Positions 1-6,748 of a stretch of DNA of 64,000 nt are shown here, in pieces; position 1 is the stretch's first letter; every line of letters begins with the position of its first letter. Origin of the DNA: a virus. Its lineage: Duplodnaviria; Caudoviricetes. Where the stretch lies: IMG/VR virus record IMGVR_UViG_3300032243_001145, positions 1 to 64,000 of that record; one strand, written 5' to 3'. The position numbers and the translations under genes were made by a program. The notes beneath the pieces were generated by a model that made no database searches, was not told where the DNA came from, and saw nothing but the letters and a program-made list of their open reading frames with translations.

Positions 1-2
1 AG

Positions 3-38
3 AAAAACAAAATCAAGAAATTGGTTTCTGCTTTCTAA
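3..38 (+). CDS. 3' end of an upstream gene (partial, ...KNKIKKLVSAF*)
   Basis: Open frame from the window edge to TAA at 36-38. Confidence 0.35.
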   Translation, partial: KNKIKKLVSAF

Positions 39-43
39 ATAAA

Positions 44-72
44 TAAATCCTGAGCAAGATTTAAAACTGCTC
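44..72 (+). ncRNA. small H-type pseudoknot motif, copy 1
   Basis: TAAATC/GATTTA stem, 8-nt loop CTGAGCAA, loop GAGCA pairs with downstream TGCTC; second copy at 24318-24344. Confidence 0.6.
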
Positions 73-76
73 GCAA

Positions 77-153
77 GATTCCATAGATCAATTGGTTAGA
101 TCGCTACCCTGTCACGGTAGAGGCTACGGGTTCAAGTCCCGTTGGAATCGCCA
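77..153 (+). tRNA. tRNA-Asp(GTC)
   Basis: Acceptor GATTCCA/TGGAATC, anticodon arm CTACC-CTGTCAC-GGTAG, T-loop TTCAAGT, encoded CCA. Confidence 0.95.
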
Positions 154-194
154 GCGTGTTGACTTGACAAAGCTGGCTTTGCCCGCAGTATTGA

Positions 195-239
195 GGGTGT
201 GATATTTATCATACGAGAGGCCAAAGAATTCCCTGGAAT
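195..239 (+). repeat. tripartite GGG-N14-TACG-N16/17-CCT motif, copy 1 of 5
   Basis: GGG at 195, TACG at 212, CCTG at 232; same spacing at 1850, 4163, 4983 and 5039. Confidence 0.6.
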
Positions 240-250
240 ATATGGACAGA

Positions 251-272
251 TGTCAGTGGCCTAGTGTACAAT
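251..272 (+). promoter_or_regulatory. TGTCAGTGG-N7-TACAAT promoter, copy 1
   Basis: Same 9-mer and spacing at 1947 and 3377, each followed by an AACGAAAG RBS region. Confidence 0.75.
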
Positions 273-302
273 ACTCCTATAACCTAAACGAAAGAGGAAA
301 AA

Positions 303-761
303 ATGGAAGAAACAACACCTGCAGTAACAGTTCCCGATACATACAACTCTAATCTATTGGTTACCTACAAAGTAATCCGTGGATATTCAGATGCAGAATA
401 CGCAACTGACAAAGTCGCATCTCTTGAATGGGATTTGCATAATGGACGCCAATCACAGAAAAAAGTTAGCCTACTTCAAGATAAGATTAACACAGTAAAA
501 GATATTATCACTGAAGCATATGAAGATTCAGAAGATAAAGATACACTTCGTGCAATTGCTTCAGCGCTTGATATTGAATTAGTTCGTGAAGTTCTATTTA
601 CCGCAACTCTTGAGGTTAGTGGAACATACACATACAATATCTTAGATTCAGATTATGAATTAGACCTTGATTCAGAAGTCTACGATGCTCTTTATGCCGA
701 TTCAAATAACGGTAACATTGAAATTAATGAAACCGAAGTATGTAATGTGCGTGAGGCATAA
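303..761 (+). CDS. hypothetical early protein
   Basis: 152-aa ORF with RBS and upstream promoter. Confidence 0.85.
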   Translation: MEETTPAVTVPDTYNSNLLVTYKVIRGYSDAEYATDKVASLEWDLHNGRQSQKKVSLLQDKINTVKDIITEAYEDSEDKDTLRAIASALDIELVREVLFTATLEVSGTYTYNILDSDYELDLDSEVYDALYADSNNGNIEINETEVCNVREA

Positions 762-964
762 TGTACTTTGAGTTAACTGCTCCCGATAGGCTATCTCTTG
801 AGATGGCTTATTGGGATGCACAAATTATGGGACTTGACCCTGAGTTTATGCCACCGTTGACTTTCAATGTTGGAACTGGTAGTATTGAGAAAGTAAGTCG
901 CATTCGTGATAAGTATAATTTAAAAGAATCATACTGGTCAGACAAAGAAGCGACAGGATACTAG
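761..964 (+). CDS. hypothetical protein
   Basis: 67 aa, TAATG-coupled. Confidence 0.8.
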   Translation: MYFELTAPDRLSLEMAYWDAQIMGLDPEFMPPLTFNVGTGSIEKVSRIRDKYNLKESYWSDKEATGY

Positions 965-972
965 GAGATAAA

Positions 973-1119
973 ATGTCAGATTATAAAGATGGTTTTAATG
1001 ACGGGTATAAGTTTGCCCGTGAAGAAATTATGGAGAAGTTATCAGAGATCGACATTGCTGATATTGACTCCTGGATTCTTGACCGTCTTTCAGAAATGAT
1101 TGAGGGTGGCAACCTGTGA
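973..1119 (+). CDS. hypothetical 48-aa protein (MSDYKDGFNDGY...)
   Basis: AGGAG RBS; not in the ORF track; fills the operon gap. Confidence 0.75.
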   Translation: MSDYKDGFNDGYKFAREEIMEKLSEIDIADIDSWILDRLSEMIEGGNL

Positions 1120-1307
1120 TGGCTGAATGGCTTAAGTGTGATCAATGTGCAGCCCAAGCTATGTGGGAAGCAAAGAAAGATGAGATGTCTCTTTATTTTT
1201 GTGGACATCATAAAAATGAACAGGGCGAGCCACTTGTGGACTGGGCCCGAGAAATGGTACAATTGCTCAACTACGAGCAAGAACAACTACTAACAAAGGC
1301 GGAATAA
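1116..1307 (+). CDS. small Zn-finger-like protein
   Basis: CDQC...CGHH. Confidence 0.75.
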   Translation: MMAEWLKCDQCAAQAMWEAKKDEMSLYFCGHHKNEQGEPLVDWAREMVQLLNYEQEQLLTKAE

Positions 1308-1308
1308 A

Positions 1309-1677
1309 ATGGGCGACAGAGCAAACTTTGGATTTAAAGACCGTAACGGCGATACAGTATTTCTATATGGACACTGGGCGGGCTACCGCATGCTTGAGAA
1401 TTTAGCCAATGCGGTTGAGGCAGCACGTCCAAGGTGGTCGGATGAATCATATGCAACACGTATTTCTATCAGTCAAATGATTGGTGATGAGTGGGCTAGC
1501 GAAACAGGCTGGGGTATTAGTGTTAATCAATTGGCAGATAATGAACACAAGGTCCCAATTATTGATTGGAAAAATAAAACATTTACGTTAATGGAAGAAG
1601 ACCTGCAGACTGTAGTATTTAGTACAACCTTGGATGCATTTGTAGCCAAGTATTGTAGTCAACTAAGTATGGTATAA
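1309..1677 (+). CDS. hypothetical phage protein
   Basis: 122 aa in operon, LYGHWAG motif. Confidence 0.8.
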   Translation: MGDRANFGFKDRNGDTVFLYGHWAGYRMLENLANAVEAARPRWSDESYATRISISQMIGDEWASETGWGISVNQLADNEHKVPIIDWKNKTFTLMEEDLQTVVFSTTLDAFVAKYCSQLSMV

Positions 1678-1684
1678 TTAATCT

Positions 1685-1830
1685 AGGACCTTGGTCCTGG
1701 TTTTAATACAGAAATGAAATGGTGCGTCTAACTAGTCTGCGGGCCAGGCGCTAAGTAAAGCGGTTTATTTCTTTCGTTGGAAATCAGCAGCCATATTCAT
1801 AACCCCCCAGCTTAGACTGGGGGGTTTTAT
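1685..1830 (+). ncRNA. candidate ~145-nt structured small RNA with own promoter and terminator
   Basis: TGGTATAAT at 1670-1678, 5' hairpin, nested long-range stems, GC-rich terminator; no convincing ORF. Confidence 0.6.
1801..1830 (+). terminator. intrinsic terminator
   Basis: AACCCCCCAG/CTGGGGGGTT stem followed by a T-rich tail. Confidence 0.85.
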
Positions 1831-1849
1831 TTTGCCCGCAAAGACATGA

Positions 1850-1894
1850 GGGTAGCATATGTGTTTTACGGATGTCAAGTCAAAACCCTGAAAA
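1850..1894 (+). repeat. tripartite motif, copy 2
   Basis: GGG 1850, TACG 1867, CCTGAAA 1887; preceded by TTTGCCCGCA as in copy 1. Confidence 0.6.
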
Positions 1895-1946
1895 TTCCAA
1901 GCTTTGAGATCATGTGGCATAAATCACATGCATTTGCTCTTCCATT

Positions 1947-1968
1947 TGTCAGTGGTCTAGTTTATAAT
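1947..1968 (+). promoter_or_regulatory. TGTCAGTGG-N7-TATAAT promoter, copy 2
   Basis: Exact 9-mer and spacing. Confidence 0.75.
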
Positions 1969-1995
1969 TAGAACATATCAACGAAAGGATATAAA

Positions 1996-2769
1996 ATGCC
2001 AAACTGGGTATATAACACCTTGACAATTCAAGGTCCAAAAGATGAAGTAGATATGATTAAAGATAGATTGAATAAGCCATTTACATTAGCACAAGAGACA
2101 TTTGGTATGGGTGATATTAGTCTTTCAGGTTTCCCCACCAAAATTACACAGGTAAGTTATTCTAATCCTGTCTTTGCTTTCTTTAATATCCACTCATATA
2201 AAGATGACGGAATTACTGATGAAGAGTATGCTTGCCAACCTACACGTTTAGGTGCAGATATGAAAGACCCTAATTGGTTTGCACAAGAAGTTGCACATGC
2301 CAAAACTCAAAAGGATTGGTATTCTTGGAATAATTCTAATTGGGGAACTAAATGGGATGTTGCCGTCCGTGACGATGACGGATATCCTGAAACAGAATTA
2401 CTTGAATATAAATCAGAAGGCGAAGATAATTGGCTTGTCTACAAATATGAAACTGCATGGTCACCTGCTGTAACTATTCTAACTAAACTATCTAATCTTG
2501 TTCCTAACTGCCTGCTTACTTTAGAGTTTGAGGAAGAGACAGGTTGGGGTGGGGAATATGAGATTGTTCGTGGTGATGTAAAAGAAATCCTAGAATATGA
2601 AACACGTTGCTATGCCTGTCAGTCTTATGATTGTGTTGAGTATTGCGAGAATGACTGCGGTCAATTCTGCTCTGAATGCAATGAGGGTTCATGGAGAGAT
2701 GAAGAAGCCATGAAAGAATGTCAGACCCATAGTGTATTATTAGAGCCTAAAGAAAAGGTGAAAGCATAA
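1996..2769 (+). CDS. DUF1281/Api92(YubB)-like ferredoxin-fold protein with Cys-rich C-terminus
   Basis: MPNWxxNxL start, NWGTKW and YETAWSP motifs; C-terminal CxxC clusters. Confidence 0.75.
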   Translation: MPNWVYNTLTIQGPKDEVDMIKDRLNKPFTLAQETFGMGDISLSGFPTKITQVSYSNPVFAFFNIHSYKDDGITDEEYACQPTRLGADMKDPNWFAQEVAHAKTQKDWYSWNNSNWGTKWDVAVRDDDGYPETELLEYKSEGEDNWLVYKYETAWSPAVTILTKLSNLVPNCLLTLEFEEETGWGGEYEIVRGDVKEILEYETRCYACQSYDCVEYCENDCGQFCSECNEGSWRDEEAMKECQTHSVLLEPKEKVKA

Positions 2770-3002
2770 TGGCAAGTTTCTTAGAAAACGAAAACGAAAT
2801 GATAATTGACGCAATCTATTCTGAGATTGGAGAACAACTCGTTGAAGATTGGGTGAACTCTAATTTAGATGAGGGACAACTCTATGCAGATTGGTGTTTT
2901 GCAGATATGTCTAATAGCAATTACATCAAGGGCAGGTTCAATCAGTTTCATAATTTAAGTCCAACAGATAATTATTACCTACAATGGGATGAGGAAGCAT
3001 AA
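2769..3002 (+). CDS. hypothetical acidic protein
   Basis: 77 aa, TAATG-coupled. Confidence 0.8.
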   Translation: MASFLENENEMIIDAIYSEIGEQLVEDWVNSNLDEGQLYADWCFADMSNSNYIKGRFNQFHNLSPTDNYYLQWDEEA

Positions 3003-3163
3003 TGCTAGGCTATGAGATGACAGATATTAATGAGATGTGTAAATCAATTGAATTGGCACGTAGAGTTGTTACAAAAGAATCTGTAATTAAAGGTTTGGAC
3101 AAAGCTGAAAGTTTTTTGCAAGGACTATGGGCAGAAGGGTATTTCGATCATGCACAGTCATAA
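3002..3163 (+). CDS. hypothetical 53-aa protein (MLGYEMTD...LWAEGYF)
   Basis: TAATG-coupled; not in the ORF track. Confidence 0.7.
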   Translation: MLGYEMTDINEMCKSIELARRVVTKESVIKGLDKAESFLQGLWAEGYFDHAQS

Positions 3164-3260
3164 ATGGGAATGCACCGACACACCAGGATATTTTAATTGT
3201 GATTGCGGAGTATATGCAATTCATAATAGAGAAACTGGACAGAAAGATATCCATGACTAA
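3150..3260 (+). CDS. 36-aa His/Cys microprotein (MHSHKWEC...CDCG)
   Basis: Fills the gap and overlaps both neighbours. Confidence 0.55.
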   Translation: MHSHKWECTDTPGYFNCDCGVYAIHNRETGQKDIHD

Positions 3261-3432
3261 TTTAATCGAATATATGAAACTTCATTTAATTAGTCTTAAC
3301 CAGGATTTAGAAATGAATCCTGAATCTATCAATGTAATTGATATCCCAGGACAAATATATGCAACAGAACATTTGTTGTCAGTGGCAACTGATATAATGA
3401 ACTCTACTAACGAAAGGTATGATAATGAATAA
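3253..3432 (+). CDS. hypothetical protein
   Basis: Likely start MTNLIEY within track ORF 3127..3432. Confidence 0.65.
   Translation: MTNLIEYMKLHLISLNQDLEMNPESINVIDIPGQIYATEHLLSVATDIMNSTNERYDNE
3377..3398 (+). promoter_or_regulatory. TGTCAGTGG-N7-TATAAT promoter, copy 3
   Basis: Exact 9-mer and spacing, inside the upstream CDS. Confidence 0.75.
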
Positions 3433-3718
3433 TGAAGACATTGGGCTCCCGCCCCATTTGCAACGTTTGGTTAATGCTGGAGTATCGGGCCTTGACATTA
3501 TGCATGGTGAACTAAAGAATCTAATGCTAATGGCAGAACAGGAACTAGCAGAGGCTAGCGAAAGAGAACAAGAGACCGAAGAAGCAATGGACTCTATGGT
3601 TCGCACAGAGGCGGAAGGAAGATTAGACGCCTTAACTGCAGTATATCAACTAACATATGATTTATCATTTGCAATTGCAGAAGCATATAACAGAGAACTA
3701 AAAAGGAGCCAACGATGA
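3425..3718 (+). CDS. hypothetical coiled-coil protein
   Basis: GAAAGG RBS and promoter upstream. Confidence 0.8.
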   Translation: MNNEDIGLPPHLQRLVNAGVSGLDIMHGELKNLMLMAEQELAEASEREQETEEAMDSMVRTEAEGRLDALTAVYQLTYDLSFAIAEAYNRELKRSQR

Positions 3719-4029
3719 AGCCTGATGACAAAGATAAACTAAACAAATGTTTAGAGATTCTTGATACCACCGATCTTGGTCTATCCCTGGTTTGGTTGTG
3801 GACTTGGTCCACCATTAATAACATCTTTGAGGATGAGACCTACAGACAGAACTGCACCATAGACGACATGTGGGATCACCTCTGTGAGGCTGTGAAGGCT
3901 GGCCAGGGCTTCTCCTTGGAGTACGGGGCGGAACAACATCAGGAAGACGTCCTTGAATGGATGATGAATCGTGATTACATTGTGGACACAATGTTTGAAG
4001 AGGAAGAAGACGAAGATGAAGATGAATGA
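3715..4029 (+). CDS. hypothetical protein with acidic tail
   Basis: 104 aa, AGGAG RBS, ATGA overlap. Confidence 0.8.
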   Translation: MKPDDKDKLNKCLEILDTTDLGLSLVWLWTWSTINNIFEDETYRQNCTIDDMWDHLCEAVKAGQGFSLEYGAEQHQEDVLEWMMNRDYIVDTMFEEEEDEDEDE

Positions 4030-4162
4030 CACATATCTGAATGATCAATTAGATAAAGCCCAAAAGCTTTTGTGGGGTGGTTCGGAAACAGAAAATATTG
4101 AAGCTCATAACATCATTGCTAAATTAATCAGTGATCGTATTGAACAAATAGATCTTTCGTAG
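4022..4162 (+). CDS. hypothetical protein
   Basis: Likely start MNDTYL. Confidence 0.6.
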   Translation: MNDTYLNDQLDKAQKLLWGGSETENIEAHNIIAKLISDRIEQIDLS

Positions 4163-4207
4163 GGGCCAAATTCGGTTGTTACGACATAATTAAATAAACT
4201 CCTGAAA
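4163..4207 (+). repeat. tripartite motif, copy 3
   Basis: GGGCCAAATT 4163, TACGAC 4180, CCTGAAA 4201. Confidence 0.65.
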
Positions 4208-4210
4208 CTA

Positions 4211-4239
4211 TTTACAAAATTGCAAATAGTTGATATAAT
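4211..4239 (+). promoter_or_regulatory. housekeeping-sigma promoter for the Lsr2-like gene
   Basis: TTTACA-N17-TATAAT with TG extension. Confidence 0.7.
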
Positions 4240-4271
4240 AAATAAAACATCTCTTGAAAGGGGATAAACAA

Positions 4272-4418
4272 ATGGCAACAAAGCGTGAATATCTAAAGCA
4301 GCAAGGCATTACAGTAGGTGTACGTGGTCGTTTCTCAGGAGCAGCTAAGGTAGCTCTAGCGGAAGCTGAGAAGGCAGGCGTTGTCTTCACCAAGGAAGTA
4401 AAAAACAAGGCAAAGTAA
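4272..4418 (+). CDS. Lsr2-like DNA-binding-domain microprotein (48 aa)
   Basis: REYLKQQGITVGVRGRFSGAAKVAL matches the Lsr2 C-terminal pattern with the RGR AT-hook; own promoter, RBS and terminator; not in the ORF track. Confidence 0.75.
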   Translation: MATKREYLKQQGITVGVRGRFSGAAKVALAEAEKAGVVFTKEVKNKAK

Positions 4419-4423
4419 AACTT

Positions 4424-4470
4424 GGGACGGGGTTGGGGCTCGTTGGTCCTTGACCCCGTCTCTTATTTTT
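4424..4470 (+). terminator. intrinsic terminator
   Basis: GGGACGGGGTTGGGGC/GTCCTTGACCCCGTCTC stem plus T tract. Confidence 0.8.
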
Positions 4471-4500
4471 GGTACAATTGACAGTTAGGCGGAGGCGGAT

Positions 4501-4869
4501 ATGAAAACACAAGAAATGAAAGTAGCAGAGTCATTAGTTAATCTAATGGACGACCATTGGTTTAATGCAACCATATTTGGTCACTACTTGGCACATCAGC
4601 CATTGTATACAATTGACCGAATTATGGAAATGATTGTATCAGTTATATCAGAACAAGCAAAGATGATACATGTATATTCAAATCAAGGTTCATCCTCAGA
4701 AGGTTTGATGTTAGCCAATGAATTGAATGAATGTATCAAGGCTTATCAAGAGTCTAATCAGTTAAACAATCTAAAGTTACCGTCCCGTTCTTACAAAGTA
4801 AAACGGGAGGAACCAGTAAAGACTCATACATTTGGATGGCGGTCAGAAGAACTAGATCCATTCAATTAA
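4501..4869 (+). CDS. hypothetical protein
   Basis: 122 aa, GGAGG RBS. Confidence 0.8.
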   Translation: MKTQEMKVAESLVNLMDDHWFNATIFGHYLAHQPLYTIDRIMEMIVSVISEQAKMIHVYSNQGSSSEGLMLANELNECIKAYQESNQLNNLKLPSRSYKVKREEPVKTHTFGWRSEELDPFN

Positions 4870-4931
4870 GGCATACATACAATGAATAGAAGAATGCCTG
4901 GTTAGATAGATAAACATATCTAGCCCAAATT

Positions 4932-4965
4932 ATCCACAGGGTTATCCACATCCTGTGGATTTTTT
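4932..4965 (+). terminator. intrinsic terminator built from DnaA boxes
   Basis: ATCCACAGG/CCTGTGGAT stem plus TTTTT. Confidence 0.65.
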
Positions 4966-4982
4966 GTATGCTGTGAAAATGT

Positions 4983-5084
4983 GGGCCAAATTTCTCTTTT
5001 ACGACACATGATCTGAATCCCTGAAATTTCTAGCTCATGGGCCAAATTTTCTATTTACGAAGGCCTTGACAAAATCCCTCAAAT
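4983..5084 (+). repeat. tripartite motif, tandem copies 4 and 5
   Basis: TGGGCCAAATTT...TTTACGA...ATCCCT(G/C)AAATTT repeated at 56-bp offset. Confidence 0.7.
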
Positions 5085-5418
5085 TTGCTACACAATATGT
5101 CTAAATGTTCTATTATACATATAGAATGTCGACAAATGTGTAGAGAATATGGCAAAATAGATCAAAATTCCTCATGAAATCTATTGACAAATATGGATCA
5201 ATATGCTGCTATATATGTCCAAATTGTCCTATTGACATTACGATTAAGATGGGGTAACGTTCTATTACATATGTATGTTTAACTATATATAACTATAGTA
5301 TATGATATGCTATCTATAGTATAAATTCTCCACTATGCTCCACTTTACTCCACTATATAAGCCTCTAGGAGGCTATTTGAGACTGGAGAAAAGGGAGGGG
5401 GATATAGGAGTTAAGTGC

Positions 5419-5685
5419 TTAGCTTTGCCTAACATTGGCATTATAATAGCCACCTGTAGGGTTATCTAGCCATGAAGATAAGCTATCAATATCCATTATA
5501 TATTCAGCAGATCCACCTAATTTAAAATCAATTGTGACAACATAATTATCATTGTTCTCATCATATTCATGAGTAATTAATCCAATTGATCCATCTGCTG
5601 TACCATCTGGTATTATGTTTCTGATGTCTTCTGATACTTCAGCTTCCGCCTCTTTAATTAAATCAGCCATCATTATCTTTTTCAT
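5419..5685 (-). CDS. hypothetical protein
   Basis: 88 aa, TGGTATACT just upstream (leaderless). Confidence 0.7.
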   Translation of the reverse strand: MKKIMMADLIKEAEAEVSEDIRNIIPDGTADGSIGLITHEYDENNDNYVVTIDFKLGGSAEYIMDIDSLSSWLDNPTGGYYNANVRQS

Positions 5686-5700
5686 AGATTTAGTATACCA

Positions 5701-5928
5701 TTACAGATGTATCTTATTGATTGGCTCTTTATTCCAGTGTATATAAGATTTAATATATACAGTAATATAGGCTAGTGATCCAAATATGAATCCATATTGC
5801 TTTGTATGTATAGCATAGTAGAACCATAGACACTCATTGAAGAATAGTATTACCCAACCCCATATTGTCTTCCGCCCCACAAAAAATGTTCCCATTACGC
5901 CAATAACGGCTAATATCCATGAAAACAT
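5701..5928 (-). CDS. small 3-TM membrane protein, PnuC half-transporter-like
   Basis: Three hydrophobic segments, GRKTIWGW...LW pattern. Confidence 0.6.
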   Translation of the reverse strand: MFSWILAVIGVMGTFFVGRKTIWGWVILFFNECLWFYYAIHTKQYGFIFGSLAYITVYIKSYIHWNKEPINKIHL

Positions 5929-6110
5929 TATTTACAGCTAACGCAGTAGTATGGAACACGAAGCTGATCTTGAGCTACATATCCTGTTCTAGCACATTTA
6001 AAGCATGTAGCTTTAACTAGATCAGATTGCTCGATCTGAAAGCCAAACTCTCTTGTATAGTATAGTTTAGTAACGTACCACGTTATTAGTATTGCTAGTA
6101 TAGTTATCAT
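5928..6110 (-). CDS. membrane-anchored Zn-ribbon protein
   Basis: N-terminal TM, CFKC...CVSC. Confidence 0.7.
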   Translation of the reverse strand: MITILAILITWYVTKLYYTREFGFQIEQSDLVKATCFKCARTGYVAQDQLRVPYYCVSCK

Positions 6111-6262
6111 TCAAAATCTCTCTGTCTCTCAAAGTCCGAATTGTCTATATTTGTAGGATTAGGCATATCGTCACCCATCCCACCACAATTAGAGCATGTG
6201 ACTTGACCATCAAGGTCTAATTGATAGTCACATCCATATTTGGTACATAGGGCATCGCTCAT
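6107..6262 (-). CDS. 51-aa Cys-containing protein
   Basis: TTGACA-N17-TATACT promoter 6 nt upstream (leaderless); not in the ORF track. Confidence 0.7.
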   Translation of the reverse strand: MSDALCTKYGCDYQLDLDGQVTCSNCGGMGDDMPNPTNIDNSDFERQRDFE

Positions 6263-6300
6263 ATAATAAGTATACTATTTATGACAGGTACTGTCAACAT

Positions 6301-6336
6301 GTCTCTACCGCCGAACTTTTTCACTAATTGGGATCT
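6301..6336 (-). repeat. conserved ~36-bp upstream element, copy 1
   Basis: GTCTCTACCGCCG...TTTCACTAATTGGGATCT; near-identical copy at 6791-6825. Confidence 0.7.
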
Positions 6337-6339
6337 ATA

Positions 6340-6510
6340 TTATGAAGATAAACCTTTAAATGAATGACATTCGCATACACCTACTAATTTATATTTAGTT
6401 TGATTTACTTCTGCTACATCATTATATTTGGCTATATGATGACAGTAATGACACTTTTCAGTATCTTCCGCTTTTTCTAAATATGCCTCTAGATTATCTA
6501 GTATAGACAT
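6340..6510 (-). CDS. 56-aa Zn-finger-like protein
   Basis: CHYC...CECH, TAATG-coupled. Confidence 0.65.
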   Translation of the reverse strand: MSILDNLEAYLEKAEDTEKCHYCHHIAKYNDVAEVNQTKYKLVGVCECHSFKGLSS

Positions 6511-6746
6511 TATTTTACCCTTGGTTTAAATACGCCATTCCAAGAAGTTTCTGGCTCTTCTGGTAATCCCGTCGCTTTGCTGACAGGAACACAATTTGGT
6601 ACCCGCTTGCCACCTTTGTCCTTCATGCCTACTTGCTTATATCCCGCCCAACAAGCTTTCTCCATGTTATTCCATTTGTCGACATGCTCATCATCTGAGA
6701 TATATGTCTTTGAAATTTCTTCATCGTTCAATTCAATTTTATCCAT
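6510..6746 (-). CDS. small protein with CWxGYKQVGMK...VPNCVP motif
   Basis: Motif visible; leaderless TGATATAAT promoter. Confidence 0.75.
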   Translation of the reverse strand: MDKIELNDEEISKTYISDDEHVDKWNNMEKACWAGYKQVGMKDKGGKRVPNCVPVSKATGLPEEPETSWNGVFKPRVK

Positions 6747-6748
6747 GT

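Larger units (their letters stand above)
4870..5418. other. non-coding strand-switch region, candidate replication origin
   Basis: TTATCCACA at 4930-4938 and 4942-4950, AT-rich tract ~5265-5325, CTCCACT x3 at 10-bp period, tripartite motif copies 4 and 5. Confidence 0.6.

Noticed and set aside
44-72. Pseudoknot as a preQ1 riboswitch, hammerhead or theta/HDV ribozyme
   Set aside because: It lacks preQ1 loop and tail consensus, the CUGAnGA/GAAA core and the nested double pseudoknot; it lies 5' of the tRNA, not at its 3' end
77-153. tRNA as a prophage attachment site or host-phage junction
   Set aside because: No integrase, no duplicated tRNA 3' end and no host housekeeping region in the window
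1742-1792. SRP-RNA helix-8-like words (GGCCAGG...GGAA...AGCAGCC) in the candidate ncRNA
   Set aside because: The two halves are separated by a 27-nt insert and the better-supported fold pairs them differently; probably coincidental, though an Infernal scan would settle it
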